Source of the DNA: Podarcis muralis
Lineage: Eukaryota
Direction: 5' to 3'
Length of the DNA: 64,000 nt
Assembly: GCF_964188315.1 (NCBI RefSeq)
Contig: NC_135666.1
Location: 59,954,001-60,018,000 of the forward strand
A program made the translations under genes and the position numbers. Of the stretch, positions 62,835-64,000 are shown in pieces. Under the pieces are notes generated by a model. It saw only the letters and a list, made by a program, of their open reading frames with translations, was not told the DNA's origin and made no database searches. Each line of letters begins with the position of its first letter. The first letter of the stretch is position 1.

Positions 62835-63040
62835 AGGACTGGCTGGGTGCCGAAGAGGGTGGCAGGCACTAGCTGGGAAACCCCAAGAGAAGGAGGCTCG
62901 GAGCCAGGGGAGGGGGAGGGGGACAACAAAGAGGGTGAAGAGGGAGCACACTTGGTGATGGTGTCAGAAGCTGAAGAGGCAAACAGGGTTTAGGGAGCAG
63001 GAAGAGGCTGTGGGCCGTCTGGAGTCAGAGGCGGGGGGGG
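62835..63040 (+). mobile_element. Fragment of the same LTR-like family as 60270
   Basis: GTCAGGACTGGCTGG..GGCACTAGCTGGGAAACCCCAAG..TCAGAAGCTGAAGAGG..GAGCAGGAAGAGGCTG. Confidence 0.5.
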
Positions 63041-63343
63041 GGCAGGAATTGGGTTGAACAACTATTCTTTGGGATGCAGAGATTACGTGCTTTAAATGTG
63101 TGGTGTGTGCACAGCCTGTTGCTTTAGTCTGAGTCAGCAAGGCTCTTCTTGAATATCCCACACAATTTAATGTTACATCTCTCTTTTAGTTTTGTCTCCA
63201 TTGCCCTGGCTGTACTTGAGTGTATATGCGACATAACTGTGAGGCCTTTAAGGTTATATCTCAACATATTTAGCATAAATCCTGATCATTTGTGAAGTGA
63301 TTTCACCAGTAGTTTTTGAGCTGTATACTTCTGTTCTCTAGAC

Positions 63344-63420
63344 CAGTGTTTCCCAACCACTGTTCCGCGGCACACTAGTGTGCCGCGAGATGTTGCCTGG
63401 TGTGCCGTGGGGAAAATTCG
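63344..63420 (+). mobile_element. Left terminus of a hAT (Charlie/Buster-type) DNA transposon; right end not in window
   Basis: CTCTAGAC target (63336-63343, NTCTAGAN consensus) then TIR CAGTGTTTCCCAACC (identical to the 24772 MITE); subterminal TGTGCCGCG / CGCGGCACA / TGTGCCGTG repeats. Confidence 0.8.
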
Positions 63421-63479
63421 AAAGATTTTTTTTTTTTTGTAAAAGTCAAATTAGGTCCTAATCTATCCCTCGAGCGCCT

Positions 63480-63977
63480 CTTGTCCGTTATTGTGACGCA
63501 TGAAGCGTGTTCCCGCCCACTCCCCGCCCTCCCTTGCTTCTCTCTCTCTCTCTGTGGCGTTCTCCGCCGCTTCCTGCTGGGCATGCGCAGCTCGCCTCGC
63601 ACTTCCATTCCGGCCCCTCCTTCCCCCGACTACCCCGCCGCTCCGTTCCTTTCTCTTTCTCGCGTGTCAGAGAGCGGCGGCGCAAGCGCGGCGGTTCCCT
63701 CAGGGCTGACGGAGGGCTCGAGGAGGAGGAGGCAGGACGTGGAGGCGGAGAAAGCGGCGGCGGCCACCCCCCACCTCCGGCTCGAGGCCCGCGTAGAAAG
63801 CTGAGGTGGAGAGATAGATAGAGGTGGGCGGCGGCGGCGACGACCACGACCAACCGCCACAGTAGTTGTAGCGGTGGCGACGGCGAGCAGGGACTCCCGC
63901 TCTCTCTCCGTCGTGTGTCTCTCTCTCTCTCTCTCCCGGGCCCGTCCGTTGAGTCTCCCGCGCGCCTCGGCTAAAAG
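63480..63977 (+). promoter_or_regulatory. CpG island with TATA-less housekeeping-type promoter and 5'UTR
   Basis: Dense intact CpGs; CRE-like TGACGCA (63494), GC boxes CCCGCCC (63512, 63523), NRF1-like GCATGCGCA (63581), ETS-like CTTCC/TTCCGG; (GCG)n and (CT)n 5'UTR tracts. Confidence 0.75.
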
Positions 63978-64000
63978 ATGAGCATCGAGATCCCGCCGGG
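63978..64000 (+). CDS. Start of a PKA type II regulatory subunit-like CDS (PRKAR2A/PRKAR2B-like; MSIEIPPG...), cut by window end
   Basis: AAGATGAGCATCGAGATCCCGCCGGG; A at -3; peptide matches the RII dimerization/docking-domain start (MSIEIP[P/A]GLTELLQG). Only 7 full codons plus 2 nt are visible. Confidence 0.6.

Noticed and set aside
63400-63860. Several ORFs in the CpG island
   Set aside because: Typical stop-poor GC-rich frames; none leads in frame to a recognisable protein.
53307-64000. Next HECW1 exon (QFSFVSLPTDVLEIEVKDKF..) and, before 15297, the first coding exon (MLLHLCSVK)
   Set aside because: Not found by eye; presumed outside the window, so not annotated.

Overview
Vertebrate intronic DNA, most likely from a lacertid lizard (inferred from Sauria SINEs, squamate-type L1/L2/CR1/RTE and CAGTGGTAC-ended MITEs). 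The host gene is HECW1 (NEDL1, C2-WW-HECT E3 ubiquitin ligase) on the + strand. Five consecutive coding exons (15297-15621, 27312-27419, 44150-44244, 49158-49233, 53137-53306) splice in frame with canonical AG/GT sites. Everything else is intron densely filled with transposable elements. Highlights: (1) a full-length L1 with both ORFs intact and a 16-17 bp TSD (3689-10198), sense to HECW1, with donor and acceptor splice motifs in its 5'UTR; (2) a 1.35 kb non-coding element with L1-type ends (10-1363); (3) a Penelope-like inverted repeat carrying a minimal hammerhead ribozyme (12049-12240); (4) several nested or target-reusing insertions; (5) at the window edge, a hAT (Charlie/Buster-type) left terminus with a CTCTAGAC target, followed directly by a CpG-island promoter and an ATG reading MSIEIPPG, the N-terminus of a PKA type II regulatory subunit (PRKAR2A/B-like). 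The last looks like host-promoter/exon capture by a DNA transposon inside a HECW1 intron, but only 23 nt of the CDS are visible and it needs the downstream sequence. One assembly gap (44803-44965). Repeat family names come from motif recognition, not a database search, and old-repeat boundaries are approximate.
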